Shown here: positions 13,807-27,390 of the stretch, piece after piece | Position numbering within the stretch: position 1 is the first letter of the stretch | Layout: every line of letters starts with the position of its first letter | NCBI RefSeq assembly: GCF_041956535.1 | Contig: NW_027192206.1 | Span: 399,488-463,487 of the forward strand | Source: Calcarisporiella thermophila CBS 279.70 | Lineage: Eukaryota > Fungi > Calcarisporiellomycota | Direction of reading: 5' to 3' | DNA length: 64,000 nt | Program-made: the position numbers and the translations under genes | The notes under the pieces: generated by a model | Database searches by the model: none | What the model was told of the DNA's origin: nothing | The model's input: the letters and a program-made list of their open reading frames with translations, nothing else

Positions 13807-16568
13807 ATGGCCATACTACCTACACATAAACTTTATTTTAATGGATTCATTGCCATCATTGTTTTGACAATCTGTTTGATTAATATCCCTCCTCTCTCCA
13901 TCCATCGCATCGCGGCATTTCCGAAATTGACCACGCGGGACATTCGGCAGGACGACACAGGTAATGCCATCTGCCTGGAGCCGGAATGTAAAGCGGCTGC
14001 GTTGGATATTCTCGCTGACATGGATCAGAATGTCAATCCATGCGAGGACTTTTATGGCTTTGCCTGCGGAGGCTGGGAGGCACGCCACCAGATACCAGCA
14101 GACAAGCCGGGAATAGACAATTTTGACATCATCGCGGACGAGAACAAGGTGAATATTGTGGATGAGGTGCTTTGCTTGTGTTTTTTATGACCTTCATTTA
14201 TATGTTCTCCTCGGTGTATTATCCGGGTGCATATTTTGTTCGATTCAAATGCAGGTATTTCTTCGAGATATCCTTGCCAAACCATACACTCCGCCTGATC
14301 CCAAATTCCAGGCCCTGAGTCGGAAGCAGCGGGATATCGACGCGGCGAATTTCCAGAAAGTCAAAAACATTTACGATGCTTGTATGGATGAAGAGAAGAT
14401 CAAGCAACTCGGGGCAAAGCCTATTCTTCCCATTCTTCGGATGATTCTCGAGGGGTACCCCGTGGAGGTGCCTCTCCCCGATTATTTCACCGCACCCATA
14501 TCCAAATTGAAGAAGCACTACCCCATTAATGCGAATAGACTTGGTGCTCTCCTCGCCAATATGTCGACGTATGGCATGGATTCTATCATTGGGGGAAACG
14601 TGGCTGCGGATTTGGCCGACCCAACGATGAACGCACTATGGATCACCGAAAACGGAGCCACTCTCCCTAACAAGCGATATTATGACGACCCCGCGACCAC
14701 CACCGTCTATCGTTCCACCATCGCGGATACGTTTAAGCTGATCCTGGGCGAGCTTGCGCTGGAGCTGTGGCCTGAGAGGGATGCCAGCGCTCCAATACAG
14801 GATCAAGTGTGGAGCAAGATGGCGGAGGAAATTACACAATTCGAACATCAAATGGCATCCGTGACCCTCTCCAAAACGAGAATGCTAGATCCGGCTTCAA
14901 TCTACAATGTAGGAAATGTCACATACATGGACGACATTGCCCCCAATATCGGCTGGACTGCGTATCTTTCAGCTCTGCTCACACCGAGTGATAATGCATT
15001 TCCTCGCAAGACTATACCCGAGTCCTTCATTGTGGAGTCACCATTCTACGTCCAAAAGATTTCCCAGGATATTCTTCCAAACACCTCGCCAGCTACACTA
15101 CAGGCGTATCTACTCTGGCGAGCAATATACATAGGATTCCTGCCCTTTCTTAGTGAGAAATACCAGATCCCCTCGAGGCGCCTCAAGTTTACCCTAAACG
15201 GGATCAAGGAGATTCCCCCACGCTGGCGACTCTGTCTCAGCGAAGTCACCTACGGCATTGGTCAAGCAGCTGGCCGCTATTTTATTCTGAATCGTTTTGG
15301 CACCGAGGCCAGAAAACAAACAACAGAAATGATCACACAGATACAAAAGGACTTCCGTACACGTCTGTCGCAGCTGCCGTGGCTACAGCGGGAGGATTTG
15401 ACTCAAGCGCTCTTGAAGGTGGATTACATGGAGAAAAAAATTGGGTACTCTTCAGGGACCCTTAACCTAATGGACCCAGAGTCGGTACAGGATTATTACA
15501 AGACACTACAGACCAAACCTGACGAGTATCTCTGGAATGCGGTGAGGGAGAATCATTTCCGGAATGACCAGGCTATAAAAATGGTTGGAGAGCGGGTGGA
15601 CAAATCCCTATGGCAGATGAATCCGCACGATGTGAACGCCTATTACGTGCGTATTGTGGACCAGCTCGTGTCGAGTGTATTTTCTTCTGGTATTAACCTG
15701 ATTCCTCCTTTGCTGCATTCCTAGGATGCCACGAACAACGAGATCGTTTTCCCCGCAGGAATCTTACAAACCCCCTTTTTCCATCCCAAGCTGCCAGCCT
15801 ATCTAAACTACGGAGGGATCGCAACCATTGCCGCGCACGAAATCACGGTATATTGTGTTTTTTTTTTAATTTCCAGATTACTTCTGCGACTGGCTTTAAA
15901 TCTAAATAGAAGCTTTTTATAATAGCACGGGTTCGATCAACATGGTCGCTTGTTTAACCCCACAGGAAGAATGGTAAACTGGTGGAGCAATATTACGGCT
16001 AGCAAGTTTGAGGAGAAAGCGCAATGCTTTGTGAAACAAGTAGGGGTGCATTGTTGAAGTCTTTGATGTTCACAATCTAATGATTCCATAGTATTCTAAC
16101 TACACGATCCGGGGTCCCGAGGGAAGTGTGCTTCCCGTCAACGGGGACCTCACTCTTAGCGAGAATCTCGCCGACAATGGTAGCTCATTTCTTCCCTTCT
16201 CTCTGCAGATAAATACGCATATCCTTAAAATTCCATTTTTTTTGTTCCTCTATGTCTTAGGCGGCTTGCGTACAGCCTATTCTGCCTGGTCCAACACCTC
16301 CTCTATTCTGAACCCGTCGCTCCCATTCCCGCCCTCATTCGCCAACTATACACACGCTCAGCTTTTCTTCATCCAATTCGCTCGAGTATGGTGCGGCAAA
16401 AAAACCCCGCAGGACTTGACCCACCTGGTGCTCACGGACCCTCATCCCCCGAATCGAGTTCGCATCAACGGAGCCATCAGAAACCTTGAAGAGTTTGATA
16501 AGGTATGGGGATGTGCGATGGAGAGAGGCGTGGCCCGGGATGCGAGCTCGAGATGCGAGCTATGGTAG
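13807..16568 (+). CDS. M13 family zinc metalloendopeptidase (neprilysin/ECE-like), multi-exon
   Basis: N-terminal hydrophobic anchor; [14 protein letters not shown]; VNAYY; HEITH (HExxH, split by an intron at ~15848); ENLADNGG; DPHPP; C-terminal CELW. Confidence 0.93.
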
Positions 16569-17012
16569 AATCGGAAGCGTGGGAGGGGAGGGTGTAAAAC
16601 TAATAAATTAATGTAACATAGCTTTGGAAATGGTATTGAAGCCTTGATGATACCTTATTATGTCCCAGGGGGATCTATTGTCTACTGTCTCAATAAAGCC
16701 ATACTCTGCGCTCTTGGTGTATTTTCGCCTTTGAGTGGCCGTGAATTATTTGAGTGACGGTTACTCGATCGTACAAGGAAAGCTAAATTAGGACCTGCAT
16801 TAATTGCCTGCAGCCTAAATTAAATTGAACTCGTTCAACATAACCGCTTCCGCTTTGGATGTGGTTATGTGAGGAGTTACATATACTTTTACGTGTTGTT
16901 TTCTGTACAAGCATATTTTACTCCTCTCCCTCCTAACGGTCGTTTTGGCCATCTCATCATCGCCAGCTATTTCTTTTTCCTTCTCCCTTTTCCATTCCTT
17001 TTTCGTTCCAGA

Positions 17013-17861
17013 ATGGCGCGTTTCCCGTTCCTTGCTACTCTCCTTTCTCTCTCACTGTCATTAGCCGGAGTTGTCCATGGAAAAGGCGGCGGTAAAGGTG
17101 CTGGTGATTGCAAAGATGTTCACCTCGATTTCACCTCGACTTTCAACAAGAATTTCTTCTTCGATATTGACAATAATCCAGCTCAATGGTTGCTATCTAA
17201 ACAGGGTCTTGAGTTGAAATTGTCGCCACCCACTAAGTACATTCCAGCAAAGAGTGACGAAGGGGAATACAACAAGTTTGCTGGGAATGGGCCGACCTTT
17301 AATTCGACATTCCTATTTCAATACGGCAGCGTGGAGGCAACCATTAAGCCAGCCCAGCCGGGAGGCGCGGTTACTGCATTTATTGTAAGTGCACCAATGG
17401 TACTTGAAAAAAAAAATAGCTGGGTAAAGTGTATTAATTCATCTCCTGTATTATGGGGGACTCCATAGTTGATGGCAGACAACGGGGACGAGGTGGATTA
17501 TGAGTGGGTTGGAGGTGCTCAACAGGTCCAGAGCAATTATTTCTACCACGATCATATAGTCTATGGCGTCAATGGAAAGACGCACAACATTCCCCCAGGA
17601 TTTGTCCGGTACAAGATAGAAAGAACACCCGAGATCATCACTTGGTATGTGAACGATAAACCTGTGCGCGTCAAGAGGCGGGCAGAAACCTGTAAGGGCG
17701 GAGTGTGCCAGTTCCCCAATGCACCAGCACGAATCTCGTTTGGTGTCTGGGATGGGAGCACTGAGCCGGGCACAGCGGGATGGGCAAATGGACCGATGAA
17801 ATGGAATAAGCTGAAAGACGTGAGAGCCTACGTGAGGGACGTGACGGTGAAGTGCCAGTAA
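17013..17861 (+). CDS. Secreted GH16 glycoside hydrolase/transglycosylase (Crh-like), 2 exons
   Basis: Signal peptide MARFPFLATLLSLSLSLAG; YGSVEA; catalytic DEVDYEW (ExDxE); GVWDG...GWANG motif; intron ~17385-17468. Confidence 0.88.
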
Positions 17862-18101
17862 TTTATCTCTTTAATCAATACCCTGCCACGCATATAATCC
17901 TGATACAATAATATCTCTTCCTTTTTCCCTTTTTTGTCATCGATATGAACGTCGTTATTTCTACTGTTAACGTATAAAATTTGGCATCGAGCTCCTTTAT
18001 TGTTATTTTGCATAACAGCTCAGAGTAAAAGCTTTTATATAAAGCATTCTCGGGGTATACAACCCCCCCCCCCCGTTTATACTCAGAGAAAAGGGGTACA
18101 C

Positions 18102-19632
18102 CTATTCTACTTGCTTCATGTTGATAAGCAAATCTTTCATTCCTCCATAGACCCAAAATGTGATTGCACTCGCAGGTGCTGCCTTGATGATGCCTGGCGT
18201 CAGACCTTTATACAGCGCAAAAAAGCCTTCATGCCGAATCACCTGCCGTGCACACACAAACATGGACTTTGAATAACGAGGGACATCTTCTATGACATAT
18301 TGATTGCGACTTGGCCCTTGAACCTAGAGAGTAACCGGAATTTAAGTTGAAAGTAGCTGCTCAAGAAAGCTAGACGCTATATAGAATGCTCACCTGCAAA
18401 CGTTTGCGAATCACATCCATCGGAAACACGCCTACTTTGCTAATAACTCCAGCAAGAGCCCCACTTACAATGTCCTCAGTGCCATGCATGAAAGTAGGCC
18501 ATAGCTCACGCTCCTAATTGAGAATGGTCATATATGTAGATATATTTAACAAAAAATTAAATGCCCTAGAATCGATTATCAAATAGCGAGCAGCCCTACT
18601 TCCAACCACCACAATCCTCGTTTAATTGCATCGTAAGCACCAAACATCAGGCCCATATACGGCATTATCTGCACCACAGTGGGTACGACACCTCTATAGA
18701 ACCCTCTAATCCCTTCGCATTGGTATATTTGTCTAAACGCCTGTGAAAATCCGGTGTAGATGCGCCTTTCGCCTTGCATTGCAAAACGCGTGCGCATCAA
18801 GTCTAGTGGGTATGTTGCCGCCGTGGCAATGGATCCAGCACTTGCGCCACAGAGGAATGATTTTGTCGTTGGATGAAGGGGGAAATAATGTTGAGACTAG
18901 AAAGCGAACAAGGGTTTCAAGATTAGCCAGCCGTCATAGACAACAGTACCCAGAAAAAACCCTACAAAGGAATCCAGCAAGCCCTCTATGGACCGATACG
19001 CAGAAAACTGCACTGCACCATAGCTTAAATATAGTAATTCGGCCGATAGATTGCCCTTCCATAGTGCTCGAGGGCCCTCCTCACGTACAATGACAGAAAT
19101 TCCATGCCATGTCCCACGGTATTTCTTGTTTAAAGGCTGAGTAGAAGGATAGTTAGGCGTGGCGGAACGCGGCAGACCAACCAGAGATTGGACGGTCGAG
19201 ACCAAAGTGTTTGGTTGGGTTTGAAGCTGCACATTAAAATGAAGGGTAATATAGCATGTTAAGCATAGGTGATGAAGGAGAATGCGAATATAGTGAAGAT
19301 CGTACCTGCAATCGAATTTTTACAACATCTATTGGGGAGATGACAAAACGTGATACAACTCCCGCCGTGGCTCCACAAAGTGCAGTTTCTGCTCCCGAGA
19401 GTTGCGGAGAGACTATCCCTGAAGAGCTGTGGTCCCTCGGAATATCGTGAGAAACTTCTGTGTCTAAGAATACGAATGACATGATAATTATTATTAATTT
19501 TCAGAATCATTTCAATCCGGAATGTGGTTATCCTTCGACATCTATAGCTCAGAATGTCCTAGTTTAGATCATGAGCTTACCCGTACTAGTATGTGTTAGC
19601 GGCAGAGTGGATGCAGTTGACGCCGTAAGCAT
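18102..19632 (-). CDS. TPC1: Mitochondrial thiamine pyrophosphate carrier (SLC25A19-like), multi-exon
   Basis: Carrier signatures PIDVVKIRLQ, PLDLMRTR, PMDVIRKRLQ; WKGNLSAELLYLSYGAVQF and QIMPYMGLMF typical of Tpc1; first exon ATG 19632 inferred from splice signals. Confidence 0.85.
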
Positions 19633-19994
19633 GAAAATCGAAAAGGGTGGGTAGAGTATTAGAAAATGGAAAATGCAATTTGGACTATCCAAATTATAAT
19701 TGTATCGGAGAAAAAAACGACCATTGGAACTAAATTTTATTCACTAGTAAATTGCTTGACAGGTTATTCCATGAATATCCATTACTTCTCTAGTTATCAA
19801 GGAGAGGTGAGGGGGATAAAGATATAGAAAACGTCTAGAGGCCTGAATCAAAGGAAATGTCGGCTCATTCGTGCGTAGAAAAAAAAAGTACAAAAACTCA
19901 ACATTATTTACAAAGTAAATTAAAAAAAGAAAGAAATGTGTTGTATTGTATTGAGTTGGGTGATTGAAGCGGTTGAACCTCGTACATATGACGA

Positions 19995-21200
19995 CTATGA
20001 GCGCTCGCCTCCTTCCGTCACATACGCAATCAAGACTGTGATGTCATCCACTTTGCCTCCCAAATATCTACCTCCATGCTCACGAGCACTCTGGGCCCAA
20101 GGTGACATTCTCTTGGGGTCAAGCGAGAATCGCCGCGCAGTTTCAGTCAACTTTCTCGATAGGTTTCGGACGCAGCACAAGAGTTGGTCCGCAATCTGTT
20201 CGCTGTCCATCCCATCCTCTTTAGCCTTGTTTCTTAGCTCCGCGATAGCCTCGGCCTCTGCATTTACAATTGCAAGAGCCTCCGAATTATACAAATTGTC
20301 AAAGAGCCCGTCCGTCGCTAGGATAATAAAATCCCCATCGTATAGTTGCTGTGTCGTGCGAAGTGCGTCCCCGGGTTTATCGAGAATATACTCTCCAGAG
20401 CCGGACGGGGCAATGGTAAGTTGATACGGACAATTGAAAAAGTGTTGTAATGAGGGTGCCTGGTAAAACACCTGTCCGTCTCGAATAATGAGGAATCCAC
20501 TGTCGCCCAGGTTAGCAGAAGTGAGACGCCCCGTACGTTTGCACAGATCAAGAATGCAGGCAGTGCTGCTTCCCGCTTTTACACTCCCTTCGTTAACTAG
20601 TTGTTCGAATGCTTCCGTTAGGATACGCTGTGCATCCATCTCTTCCTCTGTATCCTCAGCACGAGGTACTGGCAGGGCCTTTGCAATTCTCGCAGCATGG
20701 TCCATTAGGGTCCAACTGAATAGAGCGGGATCTACACCAACCTCAATCCATCCACCAACACCATCTGCCACGCCCATCGCCAAGCCCTTAGCTGTTGCTA
20801 CATGAAAAAAGGCATCTTCGCCTGCATCAACTTTCTTATTCCCTCCATGTCGTCTTCGCCACAGCGGAATGCTTTGGTTATTGACAGGAACACTTTCCGT
20901 CTTCTTTGGATGCCATGATGCTGCTACGACATAGCGAAAGCGAGGGGTCACATCGGTCTTTTGTGCAGTTTCTTTGATTTCTGTTGGTTGCTTTTGAAAC
21001 TGATGCTGTGGGGACACAGCGGGTATTGCGACGCGGAGAGACTGCCGCGGGCGTGCTGCAGAGGAATTGTTCCTTGACACATTTGGTCGGGGAGAAAGGG
21101 AATTATATATATGGGCAGGTTTGTTAGGAAGTCGAATTAAGGAAGCAGAAAAGGAGCGGGTGCGAAGGTATGTAATTGCGCATGCCGCTCTAGATGCCAT
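19995..21200 (-). CDS. PTC7: PP2C-family protein phosphatase PTC7-like (mitochondrial)
   Basis: GEDAFF, GVADGVGGW, GSSTAC, ANLGDSG, QHFFNCPYQL, ATDGLFDN, GGKVDDITV; Arg/Ser-rich presequence-like N-terminus. Confidence 0.93.
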   Translation of the reverse strand: MASRAACAITYLRTRSFSASLIRLPNKPAHIYNSLSPRPNVSRNNSSAARPRQSLRVAIPAVSPQHQFQKQPTEIKETAQKTDVTPRFRYVVAASWHPKKTESVPVNNQSIPLWRRRHGGNKKVDAGEDAFFHVATAKGLAMGVADGVGGWIEVGVDPALFSWTLMDHAARIAKALPVPRAEDTEEEMDAQRILTEAFEQLVNEGSVKAGSSTACILDLCKRTGRLTSANLGDSGFLIIRDGQVFYQAPSLQHFFNCPYQLTIAPSGSGEYILDKPGDALRTTQQLYDGDFIILATDGLFDNLYNSEALAIVNAEAEAIAELRNKAKEDGMDSEQIADQLLCCVRNLSRKLTETARRFSLDPKRMSPWAQSAREHGGRYLGGKVDDITVLIAYVTEGGERS

Positions 21201-22277
21201 TCGCTGAAAATTGATTTATCACTAAAATAACATCATGAAAATATTTACGACCATCGTACTTTTGTTTGGGAGTTATGGTGGCGTAGGAATTCTGTGCTTG
21301 GCTAGAAAATTGCTTTTTGAATTGGGAATTTGAACTTTGAACGCTGAACTCTGAAAATCAGATACAATCTAGATTGTGCAGCACTTGCTTCATCTGCTTG
21401 TCTCGCTGATATAGGTCGAGTCAAATGCAATTACGTTAGATGGGAGAGCCTTTTGTTTAACTCCTGCACCCTGCAATTAAATGGCTCCTTTATTTTGAAA
21501 GGGTTGCTCTGCAGGTAAAGTTCCAGCAAACACGAGGAACTCAAAGTTTGGGAGCACTTCCATGACGTTATTCCGATTAATAATTTGAAATGTATTAAAG
21601 ACCTTATAGTTATGAGCTCTCATTACCCATAATTAAAGGTTGTGCATCTCAAGGTCCACTTGGCCTTGCTTTCATTTCGGAAACCTGTTTTCGGTTAATG
21701 AGGTTCAATTTCCGTACACATTTGCCAAGAATTCTGGACACCATTTTGACATGGTATTTGGGTCACTCGCTATTAAAATAAGTTTTGGTAAAGTGCCTGT
21801 AGATTAGAGATAATATAATAGTACGATCCTAATCAGACATTATTTTGCTTAGAGATACAGTTCATGACGGATGCGTGAGTTTGCTTATATCATTTCAACT
21901 CAAAGAGCATCTAGTAATACTTTAATTTATATTTGTATCAGAAGATGTTTGTACATAACTTTCGAGGCTCCAGCGTGTATGTAATGTATATTGCGTTGCA
22001 TAGTGTATATCAGATAATTGAGAATTAAAGAACCCAATTGTGAATTTATCGACTATTTCAAATACCATATCTTTTCATAATAGTGTTTTTATTTTACTGT
22101 CATTGTTAACATTATTCTGCGTACATTGTATGCAGAATGATGGCGGGCTATTATAATTATGAGCAAAATATGCACATCGCATACAAAAGTGACTACTTAA
22201 TGTGACTTGGAAATGTTGTAGAATAGTCTTTTTTTTTTGCAATTGTAATTCTTGTTATGTGAACATTAAACTATCAG

Positions 22278-23746
22278 ATGAATCGAGGTGTCTGTTCGTC
22301 TCTCCCTAGATTATCTCGTTATAATCTCACCGTTCTCCCAGACGATGCTGGTATTCGCATGGATCGATTTCTCCGTCAGCGGATGGGAGTCCCTCAAGGA
22401 ACCGTGCAAAAGTGGCTGCGTAAAGGTAATGTTAAAAGGGAGAAAGGAGGGCGAGTCAAGCCAGAGGAGAGGGTGCATGCTGGGGAGAGTTTAGTAGTGT
22501 GGGGGTGGAAACACGAAGAGGGACGCGAAAAGGTCCAGGTAATTGAGCTCGATGGGTTTTTTAAAGAGAAGATTCAATTAAAGGCGTCGATTGAGCGTAG
22601 GCTAATGATAACCAGGTCGACTGGATTCAATCACTACTTTTATACAAAAACGATGATATTCTAGCTATTAACAAGCCAAGTGGTGTTTCTGTTCACGGTA
22701 GATTTGGTATATAGCCCTCCTCACAGTCTCAATTAATAACACTTACTTAATAGGAGGAACGAATAATTGGAGGCATATAGATGCGCATTTGGATGCTCTA
22801 CGCTTTGGCGGTGAAAAGCCGCGTATTGTGCATCGTCTTGATAGGGTAGCTTCCCTATTTGATTCTCTGGATGCCTATATGTTACTATATATGTTCATTT
22901 CGTTTTCTAGGATACATCGGGGATATTGTTGCTTGCGCGAAATAGAAGGACAAGTGCACATCTGGCAGAACTTTTTCGTACAGGAAAAATAGAAAAAAGA
23001 GTAATTTATTCTCCTGCCCTTTATCCAATTTCAGAGAGAGAATTGATAGTCTATTTACTCAGTATAAAGCTATTGTTTATGGGCGAGTGAAAACGGAGGG
23101 ATGGCAGAAAATTGAGAATTTTCTGAGAGTGGAAGGAGACCCACCGGTAGAGAAAGTGCATGTGGCTGGTAACAATAAATAACAGTGCGTTTTTCCCTAA
23201 AATGGGTTTTAAAAAAGAGTTATTCCTTTGTTCTAGAGAGTGGAAAGCTGGCTATCACAGACTATCGGACTATTTCGACAAGCAATCATAAGGTATGGAG
23301 ATAAACCTATGCGTATCGAGCCTTTTCATGATATCACATTTTAAATTTCAACTGTATAGCCTGGGTTTTCACTGCTTGAGCTGCGTCCATTAACTGGTCG
23401 AAAGCATCAGTTACGCGCCCATTGCTCGCAAGTGTTACAAGGCAAGTAATTGAAATTGCTAAGAGATGGAAAGGAAGCTCAACCTTCGATCAATAGCACC
23501 TATCCTAGGCGATTACAAATATTGGGTGGGACCTCAATGTGACTCAGTGGGCGTGACCCACTCAGATAGAACGCCATTACATTTACATCTGCATAGCATA
23601 CACATCCCTGCCATGAAGGTAGTTCAATTTTCTCCTTCTTTACTTCCTTTGACCTAAATGGAATGTTCAATTGTTAGAGTCCCATTTTAAAGGCACCTCT
23701 ACCCGAGTATTTCCATTTAACCCTCGAACAACTAGAGCTTCTCTAA
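22278..23746 (+). CDS. RluA/RluC-family pseudouridine synthase with N-terminal S4-like domain, multi-exon
   Basis: RMDRFL (S4-like), INKPSGVSVHGG, catalytic HRLDRDTSG (across an intron), TGRKHQLRAH, PILGDYKY, LHLH; includes GC-AG intron 23442-23496. Confidence 0.88.
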
Positions 23747-24234
23747 TCCGAGCTACCACTCTACCGTTTCTATTGCATCCATGGAAAAAAAAAATTCATG
23801 TTTCATTTTCCTATCGGATGGCCTCCATGTAATTTTACGAGAATTTTATCTTGTAGGGTTGAATAAGGGCTCGGACCTTGGGGCGAAATGCGCGTAAACC
23901 ATATTTGAGATATGCGCCTCTTCTTCAAGTTACTTTCAGACGTGTTATATATTGCATGGGGGATCTTTTTTTTACCATGCTATTTAAATGAAAACAAACA
24001 GAGTTTTGGCGAAGCAGTACATACTAGGAGCTTGTAATACACAAGATTTACATGTGATGACTGCGACCACCCCTCGTGCTCCCTGGTCTCATAGTCATTT
24101 CTATGCAAATAAGTGTCCTGGCATTACTTGAATTTTCTTCGCCTCATTTATGACACCCACATGCGCTCGTATATATATTTGAGGGAAAAGTACACCGACT
24201 TGCTTTCCCTTTCGCTTCTTTTTCTCTCCTCTAA

Positions 24235-24453
24235 ATGGACTACTACTACCCACGGACCTACTACACACATTACTCGCCGTCTCTCACAGCCGTGTACTTA
24301 CCTCATCACCATTTTCAACAGATCCCCCCTCATTATTGGAATTACATGCATGGATATCCCTATAGCAGGTCGTATTCGCATCTGTATTTGAGAAGGGGAT
24401 GGAAGAGAAGACTACTGCGCGCAAGATCATTGTTTGACCAAATATTTAATTAG
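24235..24453 (+). CDS. Small Tyr/His/Pro-rich orphan protein (72 aa)
   Basis: ATG ORF with strongly biased composition, TATATATA at ~24170 and CT-rich leader; no homology recognised. Confidence 0.4.
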   Translation: MDYYYPRTYYTHYSPSLTAVYLPHHHFQQIPPHYWNYMHGYPYSRSYSHLYLRRGWKRRLLRARSLFDQIFN

Positions 24454-25425
24454 ACACTTAAATTTCCTTTGGAATACGGCTGGAACAATGTCGATTCATC
24501 TATTCTATGCTTTCATATGTAACACCACAACCCATAATTCGTCTATTTCTGAAGATATGTATTTGCTTTTTATATATGCGCTGTTGAACATGATCATGAT
24601 GCCCTTCTCAATGCCGAGAGCTCAATGGCCGAAGTTTAATAAAGTTAGAGCGGTAGACGCAATAATGAGCTATGGCTCTCAAATGAGGATTAGTTTCTAT
24701 TCATCCTCAAGAAAATATCGAATATCGATACGTGTCTACAAAATTCTCAAGCCTTCAGGACGTTTCAAAATAGCTTTCATAACATAGAAAAGTTTCTAAT
24801 AACCGGGGAATCTTAATGCAAAAAACTTTGGCTCGCATTGAGTTGACATAGGGAGCAAGAGATATGCATTCTGTATTTCAAGATGGTGTTGGTTGAAAAC
24901 TGTTTCGAACGCTTGATGGCTTGGCAGCATGCATTTACGTATCCAGGTCGAGTTTTGGGCGGGTTCACGTAATTTTACTAGGGATATCTAGCTTCAGGGC
25001 GGGAGTGCGGAGGTCTCTTCCCTAATGCATCTAGCCCAGAGTGAGTTTGACTAAGATATTGCGCCTCAACTTCGTTCTACGCATAAAAACTCTCAACCTG
25101 AAGCCACCAAGAAAGGTTGTAAAATGTGCATCCCGGGCTTATATGTTTTAGATACCCATAGAGCGAAGGCAACTTTCGTTTGCTGGCCACTTTATACGCA
25201 GAAAACCCTGAACAATTTAAACTATCGGGGCTTGAGATACATAAATTGCAGTTCATTAGAATGGAATTATCTAGACTCTCCGCCATTATAAGCTTACAAA
25301 TTCATACAAAACTGTGTCAAAGGTAGAGAATAGTAAGAGAATAATAAGAGAATAGCGTGAAAGCTAACTAAACATTAATAATTAATCAAACAAGTCAAAA
25401 ATATAACAAAACACTCCCCCCCCTT

Positions 25426-27390
25426 TCAATTGAGGATCGACTTCAACTCGGCTGGGAAACTAGACGTAACTCCCTGCCACGTCCTTGCAATTTTCATTGG
25501 AAGCACAAATTGCTCCACGGTTGACTTGAGGGACTCTATTTGAGTCGAGTCTTTGTTACCACGAGCAACAAGCTCCACCACGCTATCCGGGCTAGCCCAC
25601 ACCTTGGCGAACTCGCGCAGTCCGCTGCCCAATTCTATTCGCGAATTCGTATCAATGATAGCCTCTCCTGACTGCACACACAGATCCGGAATGGTGCAAA
25701 CCCCGATCTTCTCGTCGTTGTAATAGAGGTCAAGCTTAATTTCCCCGCACTTGACGGAGATCTGCCCCTGGTTCGAAATCTTGAACTTGCAGCCCAGGCT
25801 CCAATCCTTCTCCCACACCACTGCCGAGGCCTGTGCTGTGGAGCGCAGTCCGGCTAGCCCCTTGACAGCAATCGGCACCGTGTATTTCATTCCTCGCACC
25901 TGCAGGGCGCCGACTCCACACTCGATCTCGGAGTCGATTATTCCCTGGAGCTCGAATTGGGCCGTTTCTCGAAGCGTCACCTCGGATATGAACTTGTGGA
26001 ATAATTCGGGCTTCAGTACATTCATCTTGGTGGGTGGATATCCGATCACAAGAGTGCCACCACCCGGAGAGGGGGTGGTGGTAGTGGGCGTGGAAACTTT
26101 GGCAAACTCAGCGACCACGTCCTGACCCTCGACGAGATTCAGCGACGCATCCACATGCTTTACGTCGACCAGGAAATTAAAGGGTAGCTTGAGCGTCACG
26201 ATCGACTGCTTGGACTCCGATAGGGGTGCATAGGGTGCCTCCGGCGAGAAAACCAAGCTTTGGTCTTTCATGGATATGTCGCTTATGACTTGCAGGCGCT
26301 TTGGCGAAGGGATCACCACGTCGAAGCGTAGGCGCTGAACGGCACTGGATAGCCAATCGACGCGCCCTTCAGGCCCATACACCTCCACACCCACCGCAGA
26401 CACCGGATTATGCACGCCGCTCACATAGTTAGAAAACATTTCAGACATGATCGCGCGGCCCTCTTGAGTTTTCTGGGGAAGGAATACTCCTTTGAGGTCG
26501 AAAACGTTGCGAGTGAAGGGTTTGATGGGTTGATTCTCGATATCTATGAAGCAGAAAAATCAACCATGATCAGATGCATCAAATAAAACGGTCGAGAAGT
26601 CAAGGGAGACGCGAGAATCAGCCACACTTACAGAGACGCCCGACGACAAACTCCTTGTAGAGCACGTTGAAAACCATTTTCTCCCCGGTCATTCCAATTG
26701 CGCTTGGATTCAGGATCCCGAAGTTAGACACGAGCGTAATGCCGTCTGGCTCATCGGCCGGAAGGTCCCATGAATTCACGGTGACACTCCCTCGGAACGC
26801 ATTCATCCCCTTGAGAGGTAGAGTCTTTCGCATCTTGAGCCCTACAATGCTGATTCCCATTACGACGATGTCCAGGTGCTCGCACATGACCTCCCATTCA
26901 AAGTTTTCATTGTTCATGATGAATGCCGTATTGTCCGCCAATGCATCGGGGTCAAGGACTTGTCCCGTAACCTGCATATCCAGAGGGGCGCCATTCATTC
27001 CAGCTGTGCGAAGCTGAGGCAGTCGCATGGAAGCGAGCTTCCGATTGCGCCATAGAAGTGTGATGGGTTTCTGGAAGGTAATCTTGGCTGGCAGAGGGCC
27101 TGCATTCGAAATGAGCCCGCGAATGGATGCGTGGAAAGTGTTGTTGGTTGGCTTGCTGATTTCAACAATATCAAATTCAAGGACGGAGGCATTGATAACC
27201 ACTTGAGCGATGGGGCGAAGAACGAAATCTAGATAAAAAAATAAATCGGTAACGCTCTAGTGGAAGTGAACTTGAGAATGATCTTCGGGGCTGGCATACT
27301 TAAGAAAGGGACTTTCTTTAGCTGCTCGATCTGCTCATCGTTGTAGTTCGCCCCCGAGGGAGGAGCGGGGAGACTGCTGCCGGATGACAT
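25426..27390 (-). CDS. DUF3712 (Tag1-like) fungal protein, 3 exons
   Basis: PIAQVVINAS...NAGPLPAKITF, LKGMNAF, NPSAIGM and VKGLAGL repeated units typical of DUF3712 proteins; ATG 27390 and introns inferred from GT/AG signals. Confidence 0.7.

Noticed and set aside
19468-19580. TPP riboswitch or snoRNA in the first intron of the thiamine pyrophosphate carrier
   Set aside because: No TPP aptamer core recognised; CTGA motifs lack a convincing C box and rRNA guide.
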